Below, one piece after another: positions 9,138 to 19,043 of a stretch of 64,000 nt of DNA. Numbering within the stretch: the stretch's first letter is position 1; every line of letters begins with the position of its first letter. A model generated the notes under the pieces. It searched no databases. It was given only the letters and a program-made list of their open reading frames with translations, and had not been told where the DNA came from. Origin of the DNA: Candidatus Bathyarchaeota archaeon (GTDB lineage: Archaea; Thermoproteota; Bathyarchaeia; 40CM-2-53-6). Both the position numbers and the translations under genes were made by a program. The stretch lies in the NCBI GenBank assembly GCA_963733055.1, contig CAVTBR010000001.1, positions 800,001 through 864,000 on the forward strand. Direction: 5' to 3'.

Positions 9138-10226
9138 TTGACTCTCGAGTTACTGCAGGTTATCAAGCCTAGCGGTGAGCCAATCGCGAATATGGAGCCA
9201 GACATCTCCAAAGACGAGTTGAGGCGGCTCTACCGTGTAATGGTTCTGACGAGAAACCTGGATACTCGCGGATTACAATTACAACGACAGGGGCGTATAG
9301 GGTTCTACATCGGGTGTTTAGGGCAGGAAGCAGCGCACATTGGAAGCGCCTATGCTTTGAAACCGGAGGACTGGGTTTTCCCCGCATACAGAGAAATAGG
9401 TTCAATGCTCCTGCGTGGCATTACACTCAATCAACTTCTCGACCAATACTTTGCGAACGCGGAAGATGTTCAGAAAGGTCGGCAGTTAACCAATCTCTTA
9501 GGCGTCAAGACCCTAAACTACGTTACAGGATCGGCACCTATAGCCACACAAATTCCACACGCCGTTGGCGCCGCCCTCGCAGCTAAGCTGAGAGGAGATC
9601 CGATCGTGACGCTAACCTATTTTGGAGATGGGGGGACATCTGAAAATGATTTCCACGCAGGAATGAATTTCGCCGGTGTATACAAGACCCCAACCGTATT
9701 CTTCTGCCTAAACAATCATTGGGCAATTTCCCTTCCGGTTGAGCGACAAACCGCCTCTGAAACTATAGCAATCAAGGCCCAGGCTTACGGTTTCGAAGGT
9801 GTTCGCGTCGACGGAAATGATATTCTCGCTGTCTATCGCACCACGAAAGAAGCGGTTGAAAAAGCCCGGAAGGGAGAAGGCCCAACTCTCATTGAAGCCG
9901 TCACCTACCGCATGGGCGCACACTCATCTTCGGATGATCCAAAACGCTACAGATCAGAACAAGAGCTCGAGGAATGGCAGAAACGGGATCCGCTTGTGCG
10001 ATTCCGAAAGTATCTGGAGAGGAAGGGAATTTGGAGCGAGGCAGACGAAAAGAAGACACAGGATGAGGCAAATCGCGAGATAGATCAAGCGGTTCAGCAC
10101 GCTGAGAAATTACCGAAACCCGCCCTCGAAACTCTATTCACCGACGTGTACGCCGAAATGCCGTGGCATCTCGAAGAACAATTGAAAGGGCTGCGGGAAG
10201 AGAAGCAGCAGAGGGACAATAGTTGA
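9138..10226 (+). CDS. pdhA: 2-oxoacid (pyruvate or branched-chain) dehydrogenase E1 alpha
   Basis: LQRQGRIGFY, GDGGTSENDFH...NN TPP motif and HSSSDDP. Substrate specificity cannot be determined from sequence. Confidence 0.9.
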   Translation: MTLELLQVIKPSGEPIANMEPDISKDELRRLYRVMVLTRNLDTRGLQLQRQGRIGFYIGCLGQEAAHIGSAYALKPEDWVFPAYREIGSMLLRGITLNQLLDQYFANAEDVQKGRQLTNLLGVKTLNYVTGSAPIATQIPHAVGAALAAKLRGDPIVTLTYFGDGGTSENDFHAGMNFAGVYKTPTVFFCLNNHWAISLPVERQTASETIAIKAQAYGFEGVRVDGNDILAVYRTTKEAVEKARKGEGPTLIEAVTYRMGAHSSSDDPKRYRSEQELEEWQKRDPLVRFRKYLERKGIWSEADEKKTQDEANREIDQAVQHAEKLPKPALETLFTDVYAEMPWHLEEQLKGLREEKQQRDNS

Positions 10227-11197
10227 CTGTTCTGAACGTGGTTCAAGCCGTCAACCACGCGTTACGGGAAGAGATGGCGCGAAATGACAAGGTCATAGTT
10301 CTCGGGGAAGACGTTGGCATCGACGGCGGTGTCTTTCGAGCAACTGAAGGATTAATCAAAGAATTTGGCCCAAACCGAGTCATCGACACCCCCCTCTCCG
10401 AGTCAGGAATCATAGGAGTCTCCATCGGGATGGCTCTCTTTGGATTGAGACCTGTATCAGAGATTCAGTTCATGGACTTCATTTATCCAGGGTTCGACCA
10501 AATCCAAAGCGAACTTTCAAAGTTCAGATACAGATCCGGAGGCCAATTCACAACCCCCGTCGTGATCAGAACTCCCTACGGGGGAGGTATCAGAGGCAGC
10601 CACTACCACTCTCAAAGCACTGAAGCATTCTTCGCCCACACGCCCGGGCTTAAAGTTGTGATTCCGGCAACACCCTACGACGCAAAAGGCCTCCTTACAT
10701 CCGCCATGCGCGATCCGGATCCTGTCATATTCCTTGAACCCAAGAAAATCTATCGGACAGTCCGCGGAGAGGTTCCCGATGAGGAATATACGGTCCCAAT
10801 AGGTAAGGCCAACATCGCCCGCGAGGGTAATGATGTAGTCGTGTTCGCGTATGGTGCTATGCTTCACGTGGCTATGGAAGCCGCGGAACTTGCGGCAGCA
10901 AAAGGCGTCAATGTAGAAGTGGTTGACATTAGAACCATCGCACCCTTCGACATTGAAACAATCATCAATTCGGCTAAGAAAACGGGAAGGGTAGTGATTC
11001 TGCACGAGGCATGCAAGACCGGCGGGTTCGGCGCTGAGATAGCGGCGCAGATTGCGGAACGTTGCATTCTAAGTTTGAAGGCGCCTATCCTACGGGTAGC
11101 AGGCTTCGACGTCCCATTCCCATACGTTCTCGAAGACGAATACATGCCCAACGCCAACCGCGTCCTAACAGCAATCGAAAAAGTCCACAACTTCTAA
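10223..11197 (+). CDS. pdhB: 2-oxoacid dehydrogenase E1 beta
   Basis: GEDVGIDGGVFRAT, DTPLSESGI, EIQFMDF and HSQS. Confidence 0.92.
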   Translation: MTVLNVVQAVNHALREEMARNDKVIVLGEDVGIDGGVFRATEGLIKEFGPNRVIDTPLSESGIIGVSIGMALFGLRPVSEIQFMDFIYPGFDQIQSELSKFRYRSGGQFTTPVVIRTPYGGGIRGSHYHSQSTEAFFAHTPGLKVVIPATPYDAKGLLTSAMRDPDPVIFLEPKKIYRTVRGEVPDEEYTVPIGKANIAREGNDVVVFAYGAMLHVAMEAAELAAAKGVNVEVVDIRTIAPFDIETIINSAKKTGRVVILHEACKTGGFGAEIAAQIAERCILSLKAPILRVAGFDVPFPYVLEDEYMPNANRVLTAIEKVHNF

Positions 11198-11217
11198 CCA
11201 GGAAATAGTGATACTGA

Positions 11218-12474
11218 TTGGTCTACGAGTTCCGCCTTCCAGACATAGGTGAAGGCGTAGCTGAAGGCGAAGTTGTAAAATGGCTGGTAAAGGAAGGAGA
11301 CTCGGTAAAGGAGAACCAGCCCCTCGTCGAAATCATGACCGATAAGGTCAACGTAGAAATCCCCTCCCCCAAGCAAGGAATAATCCAGAAACTCATGGCC
11401 AAAGAGGGCGAAGTCGTCAAGGTAGGACAAGCTCTCCTCGCAATAGAAGAAAAAGGTGGACAACCAAGCGCTCCGGGATCAGAAAAAGCACCCGCTCCCA
11501 CGAAAGCAGCTCCCACTATATCTGCGAAAACACCCACGGTTTCTAGGCCACAAGAAATCCAAACAACAACTCCCCCTCAAGTTTCACGAAAACCCTCAGA
11601 AGTCTTGGCGACGCCTGCGACTCGAAAGCTTGCGAGAGATCTTGGTGTAGACCTATCTGTTGTTCAGGGAAGTGGCCGCGGCGGCCGAATTACAGACGAA
11701 GATGTGCAACGCTTCAAACAGCTAGGGGGAGCGGTCGCCGCTATAGCTGTGACCACTTCTGGGCCGCGCGGCGTTGAGGAGCGAGTTCCGTTACGAGGAA
11801 TTCGACGAAAAGTTGCGGAACACATGCTCAAATCCAAGAATGCGGCGGCACAAGTAACCCATGTGGACGAAGTTGACATGACCGAAGTCGTCCATCTGAG
11901 AGAGAGGGCGAAAGCTTCAGCTGAGAAGCGTGGAGTAAAGTTGACTTACCTGCCTTTCGTCATGAAGGCCCTAATTCCGGCACTGAAGCAGTACCCGTAC
12001 CTTAACTCCAGCTTGGATGACGAGAAACAGGAGATAGTGCTCAAGAAATACTACAACATCGGTATAGCGACCGACACTGAGCAGGGGTTAATGGTTCCTG
12101 TGGTCAAGGACGCCGACCACAGATCGATAACGCAACTCGCCACAGAAATCGCGACCCTTAGCGAGAAAGCCCACACAGGACAGCTGGCTTTAAATGAAGT
12201 TCAGGGAAGCACCTTTACAATAACCAACGTAGGCGGAATCGGCGGAGTGTTCGCTACTCCAATAATCAATTACCCAGAAGTCGCCATACTCGGACTCCAT
12301 AAAATCACCAAACGCCCTATCGTCAAGGACAACCAAATCACAATCCGTGAGATGACCTACCTCTCCCTATCCTTCGACCATAGAGTACTAGACGGCGCAA
12401 TGGCAGCCCGGTTCGTAAACGCAATCAAACAATACCTAGAGGATCCGAAACTCCTTCTGCTCGAAACCGACTAA
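11218..12474 (+). CDS. pdhC: Dihydrolipoamide acyltransferase E2
   Basis: Single lipoyl domain (TDKV), E3-binding domain and catalytic FDHRVLDG. Confidence 0.93.
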   Translation: MVYEFRLPDIGEGVAEGEVVKWLVKEGDSVKENQPLVEIMTDKVNVEIPSPKQGIIQKLMAKEGEVVKVGQALLAIEEKGGQPSAPGSEKAPAPTKAAPTISAKTPTVSRPQEIQTTTPPQVSRKPSEVLATPATRKLARDLGVDLSVVQGSGRGGRITDEDVQRFKQLGGAVAAIAVTTSGPRGVEERVPLRGIRRKVAEHMLKSKNAAAQVTHVDEVDMTEVVHLRERAKASAEKRGVKLTYLPFVMKALIPALKQYPYLNSSLDDEKQEIVLKKYYNIGIATDTEQGLMVPVVKDADHRSITQLATEIATLSEKAHTGQLALNEVQGSTFTITNVGGIGGVFATPIINYPEVAILGLHKITKRPIVKDNQITIREMTYLSLSFDHRVLDGAMAARFVNAIKQYLEDPKLLLLETD

Positions 12475-12537
12475 ACGACAGTTGTACGTGCGAGTTTCGT
12501 CTTCTCATCACGATTATATAGTGCTCATCTCGGAGCG

Positions 12538-12798
12538 GTGGACAGCGAAGTGAGCGTCTTGTCAAGGAGACCTGAGGGGATGGGTTGGAGAGTGGCAGTG
12601 TCTATCGTCGCCTTCTTCGGCTCAATAATAGCTGTTATACTGTGGCTATTCTTCTACGCAGGGAGCTTCAACGTGTATCAGAACCTCGCTGTCGTTGTTG
12701 TGATCTTCCTAGCCTTCATCGCAGTGATGGGCGCAACATGGGCCCCCTGGGGCATGAAGCAAGCAGCCTGGTGGACCGACAGAACCAACACTCCGTAA
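12538..12798 (+). CDS. Small 2-TM membrane protein
   Basis: GWRVAVSIV...WLFFYA...YQNLAV...GATWAPWG; two hydrophobic helices. Confidence 0.65.
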   Translation: MDSEVSVLSRRPEGMGWRVAVSIVAFFGSIIAVILWLFFYAGSFNVYQNLAVVVVIFLAFIAVMGATWAPWGMKQAAWWTDRTNTP

Positions 12799-12912
12799 AG
12801 ACAGAAACGACTGTCCAACCCAGATAACCACTAGCTCGTTCCAGCGAAGGCAGTAGCATACTTGTTGCTTGCAATGGTTGCTTAATCGAGAACACGATGA
12901 GGAACGAACGCC

Positions 12913-12937
12913 TCGCGTGTGGGGGTCTAGTGGTGCG
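12913..12937 (-). repeat. tRNA-CCA-end plus flank repeat (truncated copy)
   Basis: Plus strand TCGCGTGTGGGGGTCTAGTGGTGCG; nearly identical to 14582-14610. Confidence 0.75.
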
Positions 12938-13017
12938 CACACACACAAAACTCCACCTACAATTACCGTGGCCCAACAGGCCAATAGATTTGTTAGTCGC
13001 ATAGATTCGACGAAAAC

Positions 13018-13443
13018 ATGGAAGATATCATCAAGAGATTTAACGAGTGTTCATGGACATATGCAACCGCAACTCTGCACAGAATACATTTTTCGCCGCC
13101 TTCAGAAACATTTACGAGTCACCAATCGTGCCTGGTTATGGAGAGAGTGGATGGAGGGAAAGAAATGGTGCTCCCCCGCTATATTGGACGCGACGTCAAT
13201 CTCAAAGAAGTTCGCGCCGTTGCAGATCTGGCAAGGTTCGAGAATTGGGATGACATATTGCATTTCGTGTTACCGAGACTCCAAGACGAAACTCCACGTC
13301 ATGAAGCTGCCTCTAAAGAAAGCATGAGGCGCATCGTATCAAGAAAGTTAGCCAAACTGTCACCTTGCCTAGCATTGATCGGATTAGTCAGCGTCGTTTT
13401 AGCAGCTGTTGCGTTTAGACGCCGAAAGTCTAGTCGACAATAG
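13018..13443 (+). CDS. Hypothetical tail-anchored membrane protein
   Basis: 141 aa with a C-terminal TM helix followed by RRRK. Confidence 0.55.
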   Translation: MEDIIKRFNECSWTYATATLHRIHFSPPSETFTSHQSCLVMERVDGGKEMVLPRYIGRDVNLKEVRAVADLARFENWDDILHFVLPRLQDETPRHEAASKESMRRIVSRKLAKLSPCLALIGLVSVVLAAVAFRRRKSSRQ

Positions 13444-13683
13444 TCTGCTTTTTCGATTTTGATACGACTGCTTGCCTAACTCCTTCTAGAGGAGACGAGA
13501 GAAGATCTCGATGAACGAAACCGTGGAATTACCAGCAATACAGCGTCAATGAAATTCAAGAGCAAACTAAGCAATGAAATCTTATCATTCACGTATCGCG
13601 TCACACAGTCGTGTATCGTTCTGCTAGGTATATTTGCGGGTGGGTAATACGCAGAATCTGTTTTCTGGGGGGGGGGGTGGTAT

Positions 13684-13711
13684 TAGTGGTGCGAGCACCG
13701 CAATTTGAACC
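13684..13711 (-). repeat. tRNA 3'-end-like repeat (Gly-like) with CCA
   Basis: Minus strand GG-TTCAAAT-TGCGG-TGCTCGC-A-CCA-CTA, with canonical 7+5+7+1+3 spacing. Confidence 0.75.
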
Positions 13712-13787
13712 ATCGTTTTTCACGCATAAAGGTCAAATCGAAAGCCTTAGGTTGTTGAATACAGGATTCCCCATAGAGCAAGAAGAG

Positions 13788-14522
13788 TTGTCCAGTCCTC
13801 TAGCTGTGCCAATCATAGAGCAGCTCGTCCCAGGCGGATTTGGTTATGGCATGAACATGCTAATCGAATTTGATCCTAAATCCATATGGTACGAAACATC
13901 GCTAACGATCGCGGCCCATGCATTGCGTAGCGGCATAAGGACCGACTACCATACCTTTCAGCATTACCCGACCGAGGTTCTGGAAAGCCTAACCAAGTTT
14001 GGGGTAGACATTGAGAAATTGCAGAAAGAGGGTACACTGAGCATAATTGACAGCTACACAATCCAGCTTGGATTGGGAGCACCCAAGACCCCCACGGGCC
14101 GAGTCCAATTCCCTACTCAATCAGTAAAACTGTCGGATTGGAGTATTTCGCTCTCACAAGAAATGAAAACTGGAGCCCCTGAGGCTGAGAAGAGACGGTT
14201 GCATATTGATGATAATACTTCCGTTCTGCTTCAATATAACGATGAGAAACAATTCATAGATGTGTGGCGAACCCGCGCCGTTCCCATGGCTAGAGGTCGC
14301 CAACTTGCATTGTTGCATTCCTTGGTAACTGGAGTTTACTCGGAAGCATTCTCTCGCCAGTTCGAATCCATCGCGGACGGAATCATTGAACTAAAGAGCG
14401 AAGATAAGGGCGGCGAAATCGAACATTCCATTAGAGTTAGGGCGGTTCGTGGCAAGAATTACGATTCGCGATGGCATAAGCTCCAACGACTGGATAACGG
14501 CGAAGTCACATTAGCCAAATAG
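13788..14522 (+). CDS. RAD55/KaiC-like RecA-fold protein with degenerate Walker A
   Basis: LVPGG..G.NMLIEFDPKSIWYE, IIDSY, FESIADGIIELK and RVRAVRG. Start placed at TTG 13788 because the track's longer 5' extension crosses a repeat. Confidence 0.8.
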   Translation: MSSPLAVPIIEQLVPGGFGYGMNMLIEFDPKSIWYETSLTIAAHALRSGIRTDYHTFQHYPTEVLESLTKFGVDIEKLQKEGTLSIIDSYTIQLGLGAPKTPTGRVQFPTQSVKLSDWSISLSQEMKTGAPEAEKRRLHIDDNTSVLLQYNDEKQFIDVWRTRAVPMARGRQLALLHSLVTGVYSEAFSRQFESIADGIIELKSEDKGGEIEHSIRVRAVRGKNYDSRWHKLQRLDNGEVTLAK

Positions 14523-14537
14523 GTTTCTAGAAGTAAC

Positions 14538-14629
14538 CTAGATGGTGCGGTGCGGCAAGCAAATTCGATCTGGACTGGTTTTCGCGTGTGTGTGTGGGTC
14601 TAGTGGTGCGGGCGACTGAATTTGAACTC
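14538..14629 (-). repeat. Two tandem tRNA 3'-end-like repeats
   Basis: Minus strand GAG-TTCAAAT-TCAGT-CGCCCGC-A-CCA-CTAGACCCACACACACACGCG (14582-14629), plus a more degenerate GATCGAATTTGCTTGCCGCACC..GCACCATCTAG (14538-14570). Confidence 0.7.
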
Positions 14630-14816
14630 GTCTTCTTAAGACTGCAATTAAACTAAGTGGACCAGAGTAACGTAGCTTTGTCATCCGTCGATATTTCTGC
14701 GTGCAATCGAGTAGGTTGAAGGTAGTCCATAGTACGGGCGATTCTATCTCCTATCTTCAGGAACATTAATTTTAATCCATGATTTCGCTTCATAAATCTG
14801 AATTTAGGGGTTAAGA

Positions 14817-16208
14817 ATGGCACAGAAGTCCGAAGCGGTTGTGCTTGGGAGTGGGCCAGGAGGCTACGTTGCGGCCATTAGACTTGGGCAGCTCGGAAAG
14901 GAAACGGTTCTCATAGAGAGAGAGAAACTAGGCGGGGTATGCCTAAACATCGGATGCATACCCTCGAAGGCACTGATCCGCATCGCGAAGTTAAAACAGC
15001 GGGTAGAGGCTGCGAAACAGATTGGCTTAGAGGCAACTGGAGTCCATGTAGATTTTCCTAAAGTGCAAGCGTGGAAACAGGGGGTAGTAGATCGACTAGT
15101 ATCCGGTATCGATTACCTACTCAAAGGAAACAATGTCAAGCTCGTGAAAGGAACCGGGAAATTCATTGACGCTCACCAGCTCGAAATCAAGAGCGAGAGT
15201 GGGACAGAAGTCATTGAAGCGAAGGACATAATCATAGCAACGGGTTCGCGTTACTTCGATCTTCCCGCTTTCAAGTTCAACGGAACCAGCATAATCAGCT
15301 CAACCGAAGCGCTTTCGCTTCAAGAAGTCCCCAAGAAGTTGGCCATAATCGGAGGGGGCGTGTCTGGGTTGGAGATGGGAACTATGTACGCCCAACTTGG
15401 GACGAAGGTAACCGTAATTGAAATGTTAGACCAACTCCTCCCCGGAACCGACATCGACCTAGTCAGGATCGTCGAAAGGTCACTTCGAAAACTTGGCATC
15501 GAATACCACGTCAAATCCAAGGCCAAGGAGTTCCACGACGGGAAGATCTACGCAACCCTAGAGGACGGAAAGGAAGGCGCATTTGACGCTGACAAGGTCT
15601 TGGTCACCGTGGGCAGACGCCCAAACAGCGACGATATCGGTTTGGAGAAGGTTGGGGTCCAGCTTGATTCGCACGGGTTCATTCAAGTCAACAAGAAAAT
15701 GCAAACCAACGTACCGGGGGTCTACGCGATAGGGGACGTGGTAGGTCCTCCCATGCTCGCGCACAAAGCCTCCAAAGAAGGAATAGTGGCCGCGGAGGTT
15801 ATTGCGGGAATGAGCAGTGAAGCTGACTTTCACGCAATCCCAGGAGTCATATTCACCGATCCCGAAATCGCAACCGTCGGCCTCACCGAGTCACAAGCGA
15901 AAGAAAAAGGGTACGATCCAATCGTTGGAAAGTTTCCATTCACAGCCCTGGGACGCGCACTCCTAGCTGGCGAAACTGAAGGATTCGCCAAGATAGTGGC
16001 GGACAAGAGCTCTGATCTGGTTCTCGGCGTCCACATAGTTGGCTCGGAAGCCTCAGACCTAATCAGCGAAGCAGCTCTCGCTATAGAAATGGGAGCAACA
16101 CTAGAAGACATTGGACTCACAGTTCACCCCCACCCCACTTTACCGGAAGGCGTGATGGAGGCGGCGGAAGCAGCAAAAGGAAAAGCGATTCACATCCTAC
16201 AAAAATGA
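14817..16208 (+). CDS. lpdA: Dihydrolipoamide dehydrogenase E3
   Basis: GSGPGGY, GGVCLNIGCIPSK and HPHPTLPE. Confidence 0.96.
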   Translation: MAQKSEAVVLGSGPGGYVAAIRLGQLGKETVLIEREKLGGVCLNIGCIPSKALIRIAKLKQRVEAAKQIGLEATGVHVDFPKVQAWKQGVVDRLVSGIDYLLKGNNVKLVKGTGKFIDAHQLEIKSESGTEVIEAKDIIIATGSRYFDLPAFKFNGTSIISSTEALSLQEVPKKLAIIGGGVSGLEMGTMYAQLGTKVTVIEMLDQLLPGTDIDLVRIVERSLRKLGIEYHVKSKAKEFHDGKIYATLEDGKEGAFDADKVLVTVGRRPNSDDIGLEKVGVQLDSHGFIQVNKKMQTNVPGVYAIGDVVGPPMLAHKASKEGIVAAEVIAGMSSEADFHAIPGVIFTDPEIATVGLTESQAKEKGYDPIVGKFPFTALGRALLAGETEGFAKIVADKSSDLVLGVHIVGSEASDLISEAALAIEMGATLEDIGLTVHPHPTLPEGVMEAAEAAKGKAIHILQK

Positions 16209-16869
16209 CAACGAAAGGAAACCTACTCGACCTCGGCCAACGAGAGTACAATGAAGTATGGAAACTCCAGCGCAAGCTCGTTGATCTCCGCCGAGGAAAC
16301 TGATCCCAGACAGCCTAATCCTTGTGGAGCACCCACACGTCTTCACAGTAGGCAAAGCCGTGTCTGGCGATATTCCTCCACAAATCGATGGCGTCCCAGT
16401 AATCCGAGTAGAGCGGGGTGGTCAGTGGACATATCACGGTTTGGGACAGATCGTGGGCTACCCAATTCTCGACTTGAATGAGAGAGAGCGAGACATTCAT
16501 AGATTCCTGAGAAACATCGAACAAACACTGATTCTGACAATTGGCGAGTTCGGCATAGCCGGGGGGCGAGGGGAGCAGACTGGTGTGTGGGTTGGTAGCA
16601 AGAAGATTGCTTCGATTGGGGCGGCGATTAGAAACTGGGTAAGCTTCCATGGCTTCGCGCTCAACGTGAACACGGACTTGAGTTACTTCTACAAGATTAA
16701 CCCGTGCGGGTTCTCTGGTTCAACCATGACCTCGATGAAAGCCCTGCTTGGCAGAGAACTGAAGCTCCGTGAGGTAAAAGAACAAGTTCGAAGAAGGTTT
16801 GAGGAAATCTTCCATCTTGACCTAGATGAAGCGAGTGTCGATACCCTAGAACAAACTGTGGTTACGTAG
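16205..16869 (+). CDS. lipB: Octanoyltransferase, one base missing near 16290
   Basis: ATG 16205 gives MTTKGNLLDLGQREYNEVWKLQRKLV; the other frame continues IPDSLILVEHPHVFTVG...RGGQWTYHG...KIASIG...HGFALNV...PCG. Confidence 0.9.
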
Positions 16870-16888
16870 CTCTCCTATTGAATTACAA

Positions 16889-17140
16889 TTACGCTACGTG
16901 ACCGAACTTGTAACTCGCGATTGCCCTACAGTTACCGCATGTCGCGTAACCAAACTTATCAACGGTGAATTTCGTGCGAGATCCACAGGCCTGGCAGATC
17001 CCAGTAAATCCTTTTAGCTTTCCCGAATCCGGGTCCTTTGGCTCCAGCTTCTTTTCCGCGGCTTTCTCCGCGAAAACTTTGGATCGTTTCTGTTCTTCGT
17101 TCAATTTCCGCAGGTATGAGGACGGAAGCTTTCTAGGCAT
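16889..17140 (-). CDS. Small basic zinc-ribbon protein
   Basis: CQACG...CGNC motifs and a Lys-rich N-terminus. Confidence 0.65.
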   Translation of the reverse strand: MPRKLPSSYLRKLNEEQKRSKVFAEKAAEKKLEPKDPDSGKLKGFTGICQACGSRTKFTVDKFGYATCGNCRAIASYKFGHVA

Positions 17141-17212
17141 GGTTATATCATCACCATAACCGTGCCAATATATTGTTTCGATTGCTCCGTCAAACTAAGC
17201 TGAGATCCACGG

Positions 17213-17644
17213 CTAAGCGTGGGCATCTAGTCGACTCAATATGCTGGTATTTGCAGGGAACTTATTGAGAAGTTCCTTGTCCTCGGTAACGAGTCTTGTG
17301 CTTAGCCTTTTGGCGAGAGCCACATAGCAAGCGTCATAGACGGTTATGTCTTCTCTGAGGCTCAGTTGGGCCGACAGCTCAAGTAGTTTCCCTCTAGGCC
17401 TCCATATTTCGAAACGGTACTTACTTAGAGACTTGGCCGCCAACGCGAGATCTGTTTCGTTGAATACGCCGCTGAATCGTAAAGCGTTCGTTACTTCATA
17501 GAATAGGAGCGTTGGGACGGCCAGTCTGAGGCGCCCTGTAGCGAATTCATCTCTCAACCTGATGGCTTGATTGGAGTTCGCTTCAACTAGGAACCATTTG
17601 GTGACGACAGATGAGTCGACTACGTACTCGTCCTTCTTCGCCAC
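17213..17644 (-). CDS. vapC: VapC PIN-domain toxin
   Basis: YVVDSSVVTKWF, YEVTNAL, TVYDACYVALA and LVTED. Confidence 0.92.
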   Translation of the reverse strand: MAKKDEYVVDSSVVTKWFLVEANSNQAIRLRDEFATGRLRLAVPTLLFYEVTNALRFSGVFNETDLALAAKSLSKYRFEIWRPRGKLLELSAQLSLREDITVYDACYVALAKRLSTRLVTEDKELLNKFPANTSILSRLDAHA

Positions 17645-17871
17645 TGCTTTATCACTCGCAAGCTGTTCCAGTCCTTGGGCGCCGCGCGTTTCACCCTTTC
17701 ATTCAGAATGATCGCTTCCGCCATGTCGCTCTGACCTTCCTCCTCAATCCTCTGACGTATCATCTCCCTGATTACTTGGCTCCAGTTCTCCTCGGACTTG
17801 GTCATCTTTTCCTTTAACGCCGAAGGGAGAGTTATCGTAGTTCTGACGAGTTTTTCAGTTCCCATTATCAT
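17620..17871 (-). CDS. vapB: VapB-type RHH antitoxin
   Basis: RTTITLPSALKEKM..ENWSQVIREMI; overlaps vapC; AT-rich repeat (AGTAATA x2) upstream. Confidence 0.82.
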   Translation of the reverse strand: MIMGTEKLVRTTITLPSALKEKMTKSEENWSQVIREMIRQRIEEEGQSDMAEAIILNERVKRAAPKDWNSLRVIKQWRRRTST

Positions 17872-17911
17872 ACCAGTAATACTAGTAATATTATTTGGTA
17901 CTTAAGCAACT

Positions 17912-17934
17912 CGGCCGGGGGATTCGAACCCACC
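17912..17934 (-). repeat. tRNA T-arm-like fragment upstream of vapBC
   Basis: Minus strand GGTGGG-TTCGAAT-CCCCC-GGCCG. Confidence 0.5.
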
Positions 17935-17971
17935 AATATCTTAGGTACAATCACTTTTCGGGCATGAGAAA

Positions 17972-19021
17972 TCATCCGAAGATGAATTCTTCCTTCCGGG
18001 GGAGTTTTTCAAGTACTTCACGGGGGAGGGAGAGATTGGTTTCTAGCAACTGTGTAGGGTTTGAAGAAAGCCAGCCGCTTAGGCTGATCTCTTGGTATTC
18101 GCCGTTGTTGAAGACGAGTAGAACGCGACTTTTCTCTTTACCATTGTTTTGAAGCGAGTGGCCGTAACCCATAGGTGCGAAGCCTACATCCTCCTCGCCC
18201 AGTTCCACAGCTGTTGCTCTTCCAGAGGATGCGAATACCGTTGTGCGCATCTTGCCGGACAGAACGAATTGCCATTCGTCAGCGTTAGGATGCCAATGAA
18301 GCTCGCGCAGAGCGCCGGGCTCAAGCTCAAGCAATGCCCCAGTCATGGTAGTGGAGATGGGAAACTCGCTGGATGAAGCCATCCAGAGCGAGCTACCGCG
18401 ATAACGTCTAGGTTCTTGGCTTAGCAGCTCGTACTTGTGGGTAAGCGGTGGAGAATGTAAAGTATCCACCGGCGTCTCAGGAGTTGCGGGAGGGGTCGGA
18501 CCGACGACGATGTAAACCTCTTTCTTGGGGAGGCTCCTGAGGTCTTCTGAGCTAACACGTAGGTTCTGTGCTAGGAGGTCTTTCGGTGTGTGTCCCAACC
18601 AGTCGGTTAGGCTAAACGTGGCGAATTCAGAAAAATATCCATTATCAAAGACAAGAAGGAACTTAGTCTCCTTATTCCCGATACCTTGAATCGAATGCCC
18701 GTGGCCTCGTGGGAAATACCAGACATCCCCGGGCCCAAAGTCATTGATCTCCGAGCAGCCTTGAGGGTCAAAAATGGTCGTACGTACGTTGCCATCTATT
18801 ACGTAACCCCATTCGGCGGCGTTAGCATGCCAATGCAACTCTCGCAAACCGCCCGGCTTAAGCGTCATCAACACCCCTGCAATGCTCTTTGATGTTGGAA
18901 ATCGGACTGCAGTGGCTTCCTTGGCCGTGCCGCCCGGGAGTGTGCGGGGTTTCTGCCGTCCCATCGGGAACCGAAACTCTTCTGGCTTCAATTTGTCGGT
19001 TTTCTTGCGGGATGCCTTCAT
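17972..19021 (-). CDS. Oxalate decarboxylase family bicupin
   Basis: Two cupin Mn sites (RELHWHANAAEW...GHGHS and RELHWHPNADEW...GYGHS) and lid FSEFATF with Glu retained. Confidence 0.85.
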   Translation of the reverse strand: MKASRKKTDKLKPEEFRFPMGRQKPRTLPGGTAKEATAVRFPTSKSIAGVLMTLKPGGLRELHWHANAAEWGYVIDGNVRTTIFDPQGCSEINDFGPGDVWYFPRGHGHSIQGIGNKETKFLLVFDNGYFSEFATFSLTDWLGHTPKDLLAQNLRVSSEDLRSLPKKEVYIVVGPTPPATPETPVDTLHSPPLTHKYELLSQEPRRYRGSSLWMASSSEFPISTTMTGALLELEPGALRELHWHPNADEWQFVLSGKMRTTVFASSGRATAVELGEEDVGFAPMGYGHSLQNNGKEKSRVLLVFNNGEYQEISLSGWLSSNPTQLLETNLSLPREVLEKLPRKEEFIFG

Positions 19022-19043
19022 GCTTTCACTTGCCCTTTAGTAA

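Noticed and set aside
13667-13677. Poly-G phase-variation tract in ORF 13611..14522
   Set aside because: It lies upstream of the likely start (13788) and belongs to the repeat flank.
13684-14629. Intact or split tRNA genes
   Set aside because: Only the T-loop and acceptor 3' strand are present. T-stems are mismatched and no D or anticodon arms are visible.
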